Of a stretch of DNA of 64,000 bases, positions 10,080 to 18,233 are shown piece after piece (positions within the stretch are counted from its first letter, which is position 1; every line of letters begins with the position of its first letter). Below the pieces are notes generated by a model. It saw only the letters and a program-made list of their open reading frames with translations, ran no database searches and was not told the origin of the DNA. Made by a program: the position numbers and the translations under genes. The DNA is taken from NCBI GenBank assembly GCA_948466345.1, contig CAOKAC010000006.1, positions 36,200-100,199 on the forward strand, read 5' to 3'. The DNA is from an uncultured Clostridia bacterium. GTDB taxonomy: Bacteria > Bacillota > Clostridia > Oscillospirales > CAG-272.

Positions 10080-11404
10080 ATATCAAAAAATCCTTTATCT
10101 ATTATGTTGGCGATTTCTTCCAAAGCCCTGTCTGCATAAAAGGCATAGCGTACCTTCTTCCCGCCGCGAATTTTCTCCGGTGGGCTTTGGATAATACCAA
10201 AATTGGCATTCATAGGCTGAAAAGCGGCAGCACCGCCTTCACTTACGTAATGAGCCATTGCACCAATCATTGTCGTTCGCGGGAACGGCTCTTTTTCTAT
10301 GATGCCTAGTCCTCTTTGCGCTGCGCAAAGTCCTGTCACAAAACCAGACGCAGCCGACTCCACATACCCTTCTACGCCGGTCATTTGTCCTGCAAAGAAA
10401 AGATTTTCCCGCTCACGCATGGAATAATCAGGACACAGCAGCTCTGGAGAATTTAAAAAGGTATTTCTGTGCATTACACCGTACCGCAGGAACGCAGCAT
10501 TTTCCAATCCAGGAATCATACTGAACACCCGGCGCTGCTCCGGAAAGGTAAGATGTGTCTGAAACCCTACCAAATTGTACATGGTACCTTCCTGATTTTC
10601 CCGACGCAGCTGAACAACAGCATAATACTTTTCTTCCGTACCAGGACGACTGATTCCTACTGGTTTAAGAGGACCAAACCGCAGGGTGTCTTCCCCGCGC
10701 CGCGCCATAATCTCTACAGGCATGCATCCTTCAAACACCTTCAGCTTCTCTCCCTGCTCAAAGTCGTGGAGCTGTGCTTCTTCAGCAGAAATCAACGCCT
10801 CATAAAATGCGGTATATTCATCTTTATTCATCGGGCAGTTGATATAGTCCGGCGTACCCTTACCATACCTGGAAGCAAAAAACGCTTTATTCATATCAAT
10901 AGTAGAAAAATCTACAATGGGGGCCGCCGCATCATAAAAGGACAGCCGTCTATTCCCAACTAGTTTTGCAATTTCTACCGCAAGGGTATCGGAAGTAAGA
11001 GGCCCGGTTGCAATGATCGTGATCCCGTCTTCGGGAATTTTTACTATCTCTTCCTCAATAACTTGAATACCGGGATGTGCGTAAATTTTGTCAGTAATAT
11101 AATCGGAAAAAGCCGTGCGGTCTACCGCCATGGCTCCGCCTGCCGGTACACTGGTAGCCTTTGCAGCCTCCATGATCAGAGACCCCATACGGGACAATTC
11201 TTCTTTCAAAAGACCGACACCACTGGTAATATCAGCACTACGCAGGGAATTAGAACAAACCAATTCTGCAAATCCCCTATAGGAATGGGCCGGTGTCATT
11301 TTGGCCGGCTTCATTTCATATAGTATCACCTTTGCGCCAAAACGTGCTGCCTGCCAGGCTGCCTCACAGCCAGCAAGGCCGGCACCGATAATTTGCACTG
11401 TCAT
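10076..11404 (-). CDS. trmFO: methylenetetrahydrofolate-tRNA-(uracil-5)-methyltransferase TrmFO
   Basis: IIGAGLAGCEAAWQ FAD motif, LVCSNS and GQMTGVEGYVESAASG. It sits upstream of plsX and downstream of topA, the topA-trmFO pairing typical of Firmicutes. Confidence 0.9.
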   Translation of the reverse strand: MTVQIIGAGLAGCEAAWQAARFGAKVILYEMKPAKMTPAHSYRGFAELVCSNSLRSADITSGVGLLKEELSRMGSLIMEAAKATSVPAGGAMAVDRTAFSDYITDKIYAHPGIQVIEEEIVKIPEDGITIIATGPLTSDTLAVEIAKLVGNRRLSFYDAAAPIVDFSTIDMNKAFFASRYGKGTPDYINCPMNKDEYTAFYEALISAEEAQLHDFEQGEKLKVFEGCMPVEIMARRGEDTLRFGPLKPVGISRPGTEEKYYAVVQLRRENQEGTMYNLVGFQTHLTFPEQRRVFSMIPGLENAAFLRYGVMHRNTFLNSPELLCPDYSMRERENLFFAGQMTGVEGYVESAASGFVTGLCAAQRGLGIIEKEPFPRTTMIGAMAHYVSEGGAAAFQPMNANFGIIQSPPEKIRGGKKVRYAFYADRALEEIANIIDKGFFDI

Positions 11405-13674
11405 GCCTTTGCATCCTCATCAGGAAGTTCCTGCTTATACCCGCACTCGTCCTTTTTACAAATCAGCATATTCTTTCCTTTTTTTTGATACAGCATCTCG
11501 CCACAGTTTGGACATTTCTTATTTGTAGGAAGATCCCAGGACGAAAAATTGCATTCTGGATACTTAGAACAACTATAAAAAATAGTGCGGTTCTTTCCAT
11601 ATTTTGTCACAAGAGGACTGCCGCAGCTAGGACAATTTACGCCCAATTCCTTCACTTTTTGTTTAGTAAATTTACAAGTAGGATATTTCACACAAGCATA
11701 AAATGCGCCGTACCGTCCTGTACGCAAAACCATATCCGCCCCGCACACTTCACATTTAAAAGGCGCGATTTCCGGCTCTTTTTCCTCGCCGCTGTCTTCT
11801 TTTTTGTTCAACGGCTTAGTATTTTTGCAGGTAGGATAGTTGGGACATGCGGCAAATTTTCCGTACCGACCCTTTTTCACGATCATTTTACTGCCGCAAA
11901 GTTCGCATATAATATCCGTTTCTTCTACCGGCAGTTGAATATCCTCCTTGGATACAGTATTCTGTGCCTCCTCCAATTCTTTCGCAAAGTCCTCGTAGAA
12001 CTCGGTCAGCACAGATTCCAAATTTTCTTTGCCGTTTTCAATACAGTCCAGCTTATCTTCCATAGAAGCAGTAAACTGGTAGTTTACAATATCCGGGAAA
12101 GACTCGATCATAATTTTTGTAGTAACTTCACCGAGAGGCGTTGGTACAAGGGATTTTCCCTCCCGGGTTACGTATCCACGAGAATTAATAATTGTAATAA
12201 TTGGCGTATATGTGGAAGGTCTTCCGATTCCACGCTCCTCCAAAAATTTAATAAGCGATGCTTCTGTATATCGCGGAGGCGGCTCTGTAAAATGCTGAGA
12301 AGGAAGAATTTTTTTATTTTCCAAAGTATCGCCCTTTTCTACTACTGGCAATCGCTTGTTTTTATCCTTTTCTTCTTTTTCAGCCTTTTCGGACTCCAGC
12401 GTTTCCTCATATACAGCCATATATCCTTCAAAAGTCACCGTATATCCGGTGGCCCGGAATAAATATCCTGCGCATTCCACATCCATTGCCACAGTAGCAA
12501 GCTGCGCGTTGGCCATCTGGCTAGCCATAAACCGATCCCAAATCAGTTTATACAGACGGTATTGATCCCTGGAAAGATGCTTTTTTACTTTGGCGGGATC
12601 CATAGTCATTGATGCAGGACGAATCGCCTCATGCGCGTTCTGTGCAGTCGCTTTTGACTTAAAAGTACGCGCTTCCTTCGGACAATATTTCTCCCCATAT
12701 TTTTCCTGAATGTATTCCCGGGCCGCCGCCTGGGCTTCAGCAGCAATCCGCAGTGAGTCTGTACGCATGTAAGTAATCAAACCCTGGACGCCGCCGTCAG
12801 ATCCTAAATTAATACCTTCATACAGTTCCTGCGCCACTCGCATGGTCCGCTGGGACTGGAAATTCAATTTTTTAGAGGCTTCCTGCTGCATAGTAGAAGT
12901 TGTAAAGGGCGGCGCAGGGGATTTCTGTTTCGTTCCTTTGCGAATATCCACCGCTGTAAAGCACTTTCCCTCTACTGCTTTACAAACCGCTTGCGCTGCC
13001 TTTTCATCCGGCAGTTCCATTTTTTCCTTTTCTCCGGCTTTGCCGTGAAAATGTACAGTAAGCTCTTTCCCTTGCTCTGTTTCAAGCAGTGCGTCAATTG
13101 TCCAGTACTCTTTAGGCTGAAAAGCGCGGATTTCATTTTCTCGTTCCACGATAATTCGTGTGGCAACAGACTGAACCCGGCCTGCGGACAAACCACTCTG
13201 CACCGTTTTCCACAAAAAAGGGCTGAGCTTATATCCTACAATCCGGTCTAAAATACGGCGTGCCTGCTGGGCATTCACCAAATCCATATCAAGTCCACGA
13301 GGTGCTTTTATTGCCTCTTTCACTGCACTCTTTGTAATTTCATTAAATGTAATTCTTTTTATATTGTCTACCGGAATCCCCAGTGCAGTAGACAGATGCC
13401 AGGATATGGCCTCACCCTCACGGTCAGGGTCAGTTGCGAGATATATTTTGTCCGCGTTTTTTGCTTCTTTCTTCAGTTCCTTAATCAAATCCCCTTTTCC
13501 GCGGATATTGATATAATGGGGAGTAAAATGATTTTCTACATCTATTCCAAGCGTAGATTTAGGTAAATCCCGGACATGGCCTTTGGAAGCAACAACACGA
13601 TAACTGGGGCCAAGGTATCCCTTAATTGTTGTCGCTTTCGCCGGCGACTCCACGATTACTAAATTGGTCATGCA
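11401..13674 (-). CDS. topA: DNA topoisomerase I
   Basis: MTNLVIVESPAKA (TOPRIM), YLATDPDREGEAI and ITYMRTDS (catalytic Tyr), plus several C-terminal CxxC...CxxC zinc ribbons. The 27-codon N-terminal extension in the ORF track was trimmed. Confidence 0.95.
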   Translation of the reverse strand, partial: CMTNLVIVESPAKATTIKGYLGPSYRVVASKGHVRDLPKSTLGIDVENHFTPHYINIRGKGDLIKELKKEAKNADKIYLATDPDREGEAISWHLSTALGIPVDNIKRITFNEITKSAVKEAIKAPRGLDMDLVNAQQARRILDRIVGYKLSPFLWKTVQSGLSAGRVQSVATRIIVERENEIRAFQPKEYWTIDALLETEQGKELTVHFHGKAGEKEKMELPDEKAAQAVCKAVEGKCFTAVDIRKGTKQKSPAPPFTTSTMQQEASKKLNFQSQRTMRVAQELYEGINLGSDGGVQGLITYMRTDSLRIAAEAQAAAREYIQEKYGEKYCPKEARTFKSKATAQNAHEAIRPASMTMDPAKVKKHLSRDQYRLYKLIWDRFMASQMANAQLATVAMDVECAGYLFRATGYTVTFEGYMAVYEETLESEKAEKEEKDKNKRLPVVEKGDTLENKKILPSQHFTEPPPRYTEASLIKFLEERGIGRPSTYTPIITIINSRGYVTREGKSLVPTPLGEVTTKIMIESFPDIVNYQFTASMEDKLDCIENGKENLESVLTEFYEDFAKELEEAQNTVSKEDIQLPVEETDIICELCGSKMIVKKGRYGKFAACPNYPTCKNTKPLNKKEDSGEEKEPEIAPFKCEVCGADMVLRTGRYGAFYACVKYPTCKFTKQKVKELGVNCPSCGSPLVTKYGKNRTIFYSCSKYPECNFSSWDLPTNKKCPNCGEMLYQKKGKNMLICKKDECGYKQELPDEDAKA

Positions 13675-13773
13675 AAGTCTCCTCTTCTTGCGCAATATAT
13701 ACGGTATATGTGACAATTCACGGTTTATTATACGCACTGGCGCTCTATTTTGCAAGGGGAAATTAAAAAAATA

Positions 13774-15123
13774 TCAGTCCTGTTCTTCCATATTTTTTCC
13801 ACTATTTCCCGCAATGTCGGCTGCGCGCTTGAGAAAATATCCTCCAGCACCAGCCTCTACCGCCCCTGCTATTTCCAGCATTGTCATAGAAGTCATAACC
13901 TGCTGCAAGGCAAAACCTGCTCTGGAAATCTCGTCCGGCAGCATTGGTACATCCGGCGTCATGGCTTCATAAATTTTTATATCCATTTCGCTCAAAGCGT
14001 CCATATTAATTTGAGGCGCTTGCTCCGCATTTTCCTCTATAGGTGGGAAGATGGGTTCATTTTTGGCTCGTTTGATTTTGTCTTTTCGGCTTTTCTCTCG
14101 CCCTTCACTGCTGTCTGCCGCAATCGTCTTTCTGCCTATGCTTCGTTTAGCCACCTGATGCTTGCGCATAGCGCTGTCCGCATCTACTGGAAGACTCGCC
14201 AAAGCAGCTCTGCCGACCTTTAACGTGTGGGGATACAAAAACTCGTAGTTGGAAACAATGTCAACCGCACTGGTAACAGGCGTTGCTCCTTGGGTAAGCA
14301 AATAATTGGCGCCCTCGGAGCTTTTGTCGCCTACGCGGCCTGGAACAGCATATACATCTCTTCCTTGAAAAAGCCCATGACGCGCTGTGATAAGCGCCCC
14401 ACTTTTCATCTCTCCTTCGATTATGCAAACACCTTGAGAAAGACCACTGATGATCCGGTTTCGAACGGGAAAGTTATATTGACTTGGAGAAACACCTGGA
14501 GCATATTCTGTAAGAATGGCGCCGCGCTCCGCAACATGATAATACAAGGACTGATGCTGCTTTGGATATACTACGTCAATTCCGCAGCCTAGTACCGCTA
14601 CGGTGATACCGCCTTCTTCCAAAGCAGCCGCCATAGCCGCGCCGTCCACTCCAAGAGCCAGACCACTGACGACGCAAGCTCCGGCTCTTGCAAGGCCAGC
14701 GCCAATCTCACAAGCCATTTTCTTACCATACTCAGACATGGTCCGAGTTCCTACCACAGCGCAATTGAACTGATCTTCAAAAGTGGGAATTGTACCCATG
14801 CAGTACAAAACCATTGGCATATCCTGCAGAGAAAACAAACTTTTGGGATATGCAGCATCTCCGGGAACAAGCACCTGTACGCCACCGTCCCGACACCACT
14901 TCAATATTCGCTCTTCTTCGGAAGTATTTTTACAAAGCAGTCTCGCAAGCACTTTATTTTCAATACGCACACCGCAATTTTTCAAATCCTTCTCGCTTGC
15001 CTTGTACACATTTTTTGCACTGCGAAAGGTTCTGGCCAGACGCAGCGCGCACTTGCTTCCCGCACCACATGCATGGGACAACCACAGCCAGTATTTTTTA
15101 TCGTCTTTCACAATAATGACCAT
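13774..15123 (-). CDS. dprA: DNA-processing protein DprA/Smf (long form)
   Basis: Rossmann core VVGTR..S.YG, SGLALGVDGAAM and F..RNRIISGL. A C-terminal winged-helix-like tail follows a charged linker. Confidence 0.85.
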   Translation of the reverse strand: MVIIVKDDKKYWLWLSHACGAGSKCALRLARTFRSAKNVYKASEKDLKNCGVRIENKVLARLLCKNTSEEERILKWCRDGGVQVLVPGDAAYPKSLFSLQDMPMVLYCMGTIPTFEDQFNCAVVGTRTMSEYGKKMACEIGAGLARAGACVVSGLALGVDGAAMAAALEEGGITVAVLGCGIDVVYPKQHQSLYYHVAERGAILTEYAPGVSPSQYNFPVRNRIISGLSQGVCIIEGEMKSGALITARHGLFQGRDVYAVPGRVGDKSSEGANYLLTQGATPVTSAVDIVSNYEFLYPHTLKVGRAALASLPVDADSAMRKHQVAKRSIGRKTIAADSSEGREKSRKDKIKRAKNEPIFPPIEENAEQAPQINMDALSEMDIKIYEAMTPDVPMLPDEISRAGFALQQVMTSMTMLEIAGAVEAGAGGYFLKRAADIAGNSGKNMEEQD

Positions 15124-15179
15124 ACCTTTCTTTGTATTTGCGTTGATTTTCCATCCGGTAAGTGATACGCTATGTCACA

Positions 15180-15962
15180 TTATTGCAGTTTGCTGTATTC
15201 CCAAAGCAATACAGCGGCGGCGGCAGATGCATTGAGGCTTTCTGTTTTATCGGTCATTGGGATTTTGATGCAGACATCGCATTGGTCTATAACCGCTGCG
15301 GCTATACCATGGCCTTCGTTTCCAAGGATTGGGCAATCGGAAGAAAAAAGAGGCGCATCTCCAAGTGTAATCCCCTGCTCGGATAAAGCTGCGGCAAGCA
15401 CGCGTCTTCCATCGCTTTGCAGAAGTGCAATTGTCTTCTGCATATTGCTGCAAAGACTAACAGATATTTTGAAAAAGGCCCCCATGGTAGCACGAATGAC
15501 TTTAGGATTATAAATATCGGCACAGTTGTGTAAAATTACACGATCCATTCCCAAAGCGGCTGCTGTCCGAATAATCGTTCCCACATTTCCAGGATCCTGA
15601 ATGCTGTCTAAAATGCAGATACGTTCCCCCTTCATATTCTCCGGAAATTCCATAGACTCTGCTTCTATAACAAACAGGATACCATCGGGGGAGCGGTCTT
15701 TTGTAATTTTATTATACACGGACTCCGAGAGTACAATCGGTTCTCCGCCGCTACACTGTACAAGCGCTGTATATCGTTCTTGCTGTTCACGATCCTGACG
15801 TATAACAGCATACCGCACCCTGCTTCTGCCACAAGCTTCTTTACATAGTTTGAAGCCTTCCGCAATATACAGCCCTGTTTTATCCCGCTCTTTTTTATCA
15901 GCAAGTTTGGCTAGACTCACTATCAGCGGGTTCGTTCTCGATGTAATATAGGTTGGTTCCAT
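15180..15962 (-). CDS. TrmH/SpoU family RNA 2'-O-methyltransferase
   Basis: LDSIQDPGNVGTIIRTA, ILGNEGHGI and IPM....ESLNASAAAAVLL (SPOUT knot). ATG at 15962 follows GGAGG. Confidence 0.8.
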   Translation of the reverse strand: MEPTYITSRTNPLIVSLAKLADKKERDKTGLYIAEGFKLCKEACGRSRVRYAVIRQDREQQERYTALVQCSGGEPIVLSESVYNKITKDRSPDGILFVIEAESMEFPENMKGERICILDSIQDPGNVGTIIRTAAALGMDRVILHNCADIYNPKVIRATMGAFFKISVSLCSNMQKTIALLQSDGRRVLAAALSEQGITLGDAPLFSSDCPILGNEGHGIAAAVIDQCDVCIKIPMTDKTESLNASAAAAVLLWEYSKLQ

Positions 15963-16058
15963 TGCGCCTCCGTATGTATTCGTACAACAAACTGGGACTA
16001 CCTTTCTTTCCACAATGAAAAGAACCCATGCGGGAGAGCCCGTTGGGTTCATTTATCA

Positions 16059-16412
16059 TTAAAGTGCCGCTTTAGCCTTTTCAACAAGAGCTGCAAAAGC
16101 TTCTTTGTCTGCAATAGCAATTTCAGAAAGCATCTTTCTGTTTAGATTGATGCCAGCTTTCTTCAGTCCGTTCATAAACTGAGAATAATTCATGCCGTTT
16201 ACCTTTGCCTGTGCAGAAATACGTGTGATCCAAAGCTGTCTAAATTCTCTTTTCTTTTGTTTACGGCCAATATATGCATAGTTGCCGCTTTTCATAACGG
16301 CCTGTTTGGCCATCTTGAAATGCTTTGATTTTGCGCCCCAGTATCCTTTAGCCGCTTTTAAAATTCTCTTTCTTCTCTTGCGCGTCATCATTGCGCCTTT
16401 AACTCTTGCCAT
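16059..16412 (-). CDS. rplT: 50S ribosomal protein L20
   Basis: [19 protein letters not shown]...LSEIAI.D..AF is unmistakable L20. Confidence 0.95.
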   Translation of the reverse strand: MARVKGAMMTRKRRKRILKAAKGYWGAKSKHFKMAKQAVMKSGNYAYIGRKQKKREFRQLWITRISAQAKVNGMNYSQFMNGLKKAGINLNRKMLSEIAIADKEAFAALVEKAKAAL

Positions 16413-16493
16413 TTTATTCTATTCCTTTCTGTCCATCGGTTTCATATCCCCGCCCTTCAGGCAGGAGAGCTTAATACACGGCAGTGCGTGCCT

Positions 16494-16691
16494 TTATTTC
16501 ATAATAAGCCGCTTTACGTTTGCTTCCATTGCAGGACTTACATAATCTGCAGAACGAAGACGTCTTTTTTGTTTTTGTGTTTTGTTCGTGCTGAGGTTAT
16601 GGCGGTGAGCGCTGTGATATCTCTTCACTTTGCCGCTGCCTGTAACGGAAAACCGTTTTGCTGATGCCTTATGTGTCTTGATTTTACCCAT
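16494..16691 (-). CDS. rpmI: 50S ribosomal protein L35
   Basis: MGKIKTHKASAKRF..TGSGKVKR matches L35. Confidence 0.95.
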   Translation of the reverse strand: MGKIKTHKASAKRFSVTGSGKVKRYHSAHRHNLSTNKTQKQKRRLRSADYVSPAMEANVKRLIMK

Positions 16692-16754
16692 TTTTCTAAT
16701 TCCTTTCTATACTCTCGCAGTCCATGGCAAGCCGCAGAACTGCTATCGTGAACA

Positions 16755-17309
16755 TTACTCTGCCGACTCCTGTGCCGGCTTTTCCTTCTTGGGAAGGGTT
16801 TTCAGCGGTGTGAGGAACACGATCAATTGTCTGCCTTCCATAGCAGCTTTTTTATCCGTTGTGGAAAATTCGGAACATGCCTCCTGAAATTTTGTAACGA
16901 CTTCCCGTCCAAGATCCTGATGTGCCATTTCTCTGCCCTTAAAGCGCAAACAAACACGTACCTTGTTGCCATCCTGTAAAAACTTGATGGCGCGGGCAAC
17001 TTTCATGTCAAAATCATGCTTGTCAATGCGGCAGGAAAGCTGCACTTCCTTGACTTCCACAGTCTGCTGCTTTTTCTTTTGTTCTTTCGCACGTTTGTCC
17101 TGCTCATATCGAAATTTGCCATAGTCCATTGCACGACACACCGGCGGAACAGCCTGCGGCGCAATACAAACCAAATCTACGCCTTTCTCATAAGCATAAT
17201 CCTTTGCCTGTGCAAGACTTTTGATACCCATCTGTTCGCCCTGCTCATCCAAAAGCCGGACCTCTTTTGCGCGGATATCGTCATTGATAAGAAGTTCTTT
17301 TGCGCTGAT
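16755..17309 (-). CDS. infC: translation initiation factor IF-3, probable non-AUG (ATC) start
   Basis: ISAKELLINDDIRAKEVRLLDEQGEQMGI...PPVCRAMDYGKFRYEQ aligns from its first residues with Bacillus IF-3 (MISKDQLVNEGIRAREVRL). GGGGGTG lies 6 nt upstream of the ATC at 17309. The 74 upstream codons in the ORF track are leader sequence, not protein. Confidence 0.85.
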   Translation of the reverse strand: MSAKELLINDDIRAKEVRLLDEQGEQMGIKSLAQAKDYAYEKGVDLVCIAPQAVPPVCRAMDYGKFRYEQDKRAKEQKKKQQTVEVKEVQLSCRIDKHDFDMKVARAIKFLQDGNKVRVCLRFKGREMAHQDLGREVVTKFQEACSEFSTTDKKAAMEGRQLIVFLTPLKTLPKKEKPAQESAE

Positions 17310-17520
17310 AGTTGGCACCCCCGATTTCAAATAATAAAAGCCTGTGCCGGACGGACCGGCATACCGTACTGCCGCCTGCTCATACAGGAAGCTGCAATAA
17401 AAAAGTGCGGAACAAAAACTCCGCACAAATCCTATGCTCCTATGGAGCATACGTTTTATGAACCGATACGCAGCCAGCTGGCACGGTGAGAACGGAGTGT
17501 TCTGCTTCTTTTTACTTACA
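17310..17520 (-). promoter_or_regulatory. infC-rpmI-rplT leader, L20-type attenuator, with an internal intrinsic terminator at 17395-17426
   Basis: A leader of about 210 nt follows a consensus promoter. It contains the hairpins ATGCTCC-ATA-GGAGCAT and GTGCGGA-N8-TCCGCAC, the latter followed by TTTTTTATT (minus-strand reading). The position and architecture match L20-mediated attenuation as known in B. subtilis. Confidence 0.5.
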
Positions 17521-17521
17521 T

Positions 17522-17550
17522 ATTGTAACATTACCGGAGTGCATTGTCAA
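17522..17550 (-). promoter_or_regulatory. sigma-A type promoter of the infC operon
   Basis: On the minus strand: TTGACA (17550-17545), 17-nt spacer, TACAAT (17527-17522). Confidence 0.55.
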
Positions 17551-17573
17551 TACCCTTAATAAAAAATTTATAG

Positions 17574-17605
17574 AAAAACGCTGTCCTCTAGTGGACAGCG
17601 TTTTT
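17574..17605 (-). terminator. rho-independent terminator after the VanZ-like gene
   Basis: CGCTGTCC / GGACAGCG 8-bp stem (17579-17586 / 17593-17600) flanked by A5 and T5 runs, 10 nt past the stop at 17616. Confidence 0.6.
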
Positions 17606-17615
17606 CATTTAAGCT

Positions 17616-18002
17616 TTAAGCCGCAAGGTCTTTTGTCTCATGCCTGATTCGCATCCCTGCATAAATTCGTTGAGCGACCAGCCATAAAAGCCAGCCAATC
17701 ACTGCTCCCACCAGATTCAGTAAAATATCGTCCACATCAAAGGAGCCGGTTGTCGTAAGAAGCTGAATCGTCTCAAAAACAGTAATTACGCAAAACTGTG
17801 TTAAGACAAACCACCCAAATCGCTTTATTTTTTCAAACAACACTGGAAGCAAAATTCCCATAGGCAAAAAAGGAAGCAGATTTCCAAGCAAATTCCGCGC
17901 GATAACAGAGTTGTTCATCATCCCGCTTGTTAAATTGGAGAGGTAGAAAGGGGAACAAAACATGTCAGCGCAAGCAAATACAAAATGCCTGCCGCAATGC
18001 AC
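17616..18002 (-). CDS. VanZ-like family membrane protein (short; start uncertain)
   Basis: TM-rich, with C-terminal FDVDDILLNLVGAVIGWLLW, the VanZ-family signature. No convincing SD at the listed start. Confidence 0.6.
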   Translation of the reverse strand: MHCGRHFVFACADMFCSPFYLSNLTSGMMNNSVIARNLLGNLLPFLPMGILLPVLFEKIKRFGWFVLTQFCVITVFETIQLLTTTGSFDVDDILLNLVGAVIGWLLWLVAQRIYAGMRIRHETKDLAA

Positions 18003-18186
18003 ACAAGCCGAAAGACCTTACAGAGAGACTTCGATGATTTCACGTTAATTCCTTTCTTTTCTTTAAATTATTTAGCATATTAGGTATCGTAATTTCATTA
18101 CAGCATAATAGTATAGCGAATTGGTCGAAATTTGTAAACAAAAATAAAAATTTATGCTTGCACTGTTTTATTTCGAAAAAGAGCTG

Positions 18187-18227
18187 TAAAAAAATAGAGC
18201 CGATGGGCAAAGCCCCACCGGCTCTAT
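18187..18227 (-). terminator. rho-independent terminator after the GH18 gene
   Basis: ATAGAGCCG / CGGCTCTAT stem (18194-18202 / 18219-18227) with an inner GGGC/GCCC. A T7 run follows on the minus strand (18187-18193). Confidence 0.6.
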
Positions 18228-18233
18228 TTCTCA

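Noticed and set aside
11485-12462. A 325-aa ORF on the plus strand.
   Set aside because: It is entirely antisense to topA, whose translation has unambiguous topoisomerase motifs. The antisense product is low-complexity (F/R/I/L-rich) with no SD or recognisable motif. It is a by-product of codon bias.
17310-17531. The N-terminal 74 codons of the 258-aa 'IF-3' ORF in the track.
   Set aside because: This stretch has no similarity to IF-3. It contains a promoter-proximal leader with hairpins and an intrinsic terminator. It is interpreted as a non-coding L20-type leader, and the real start is about 17309.
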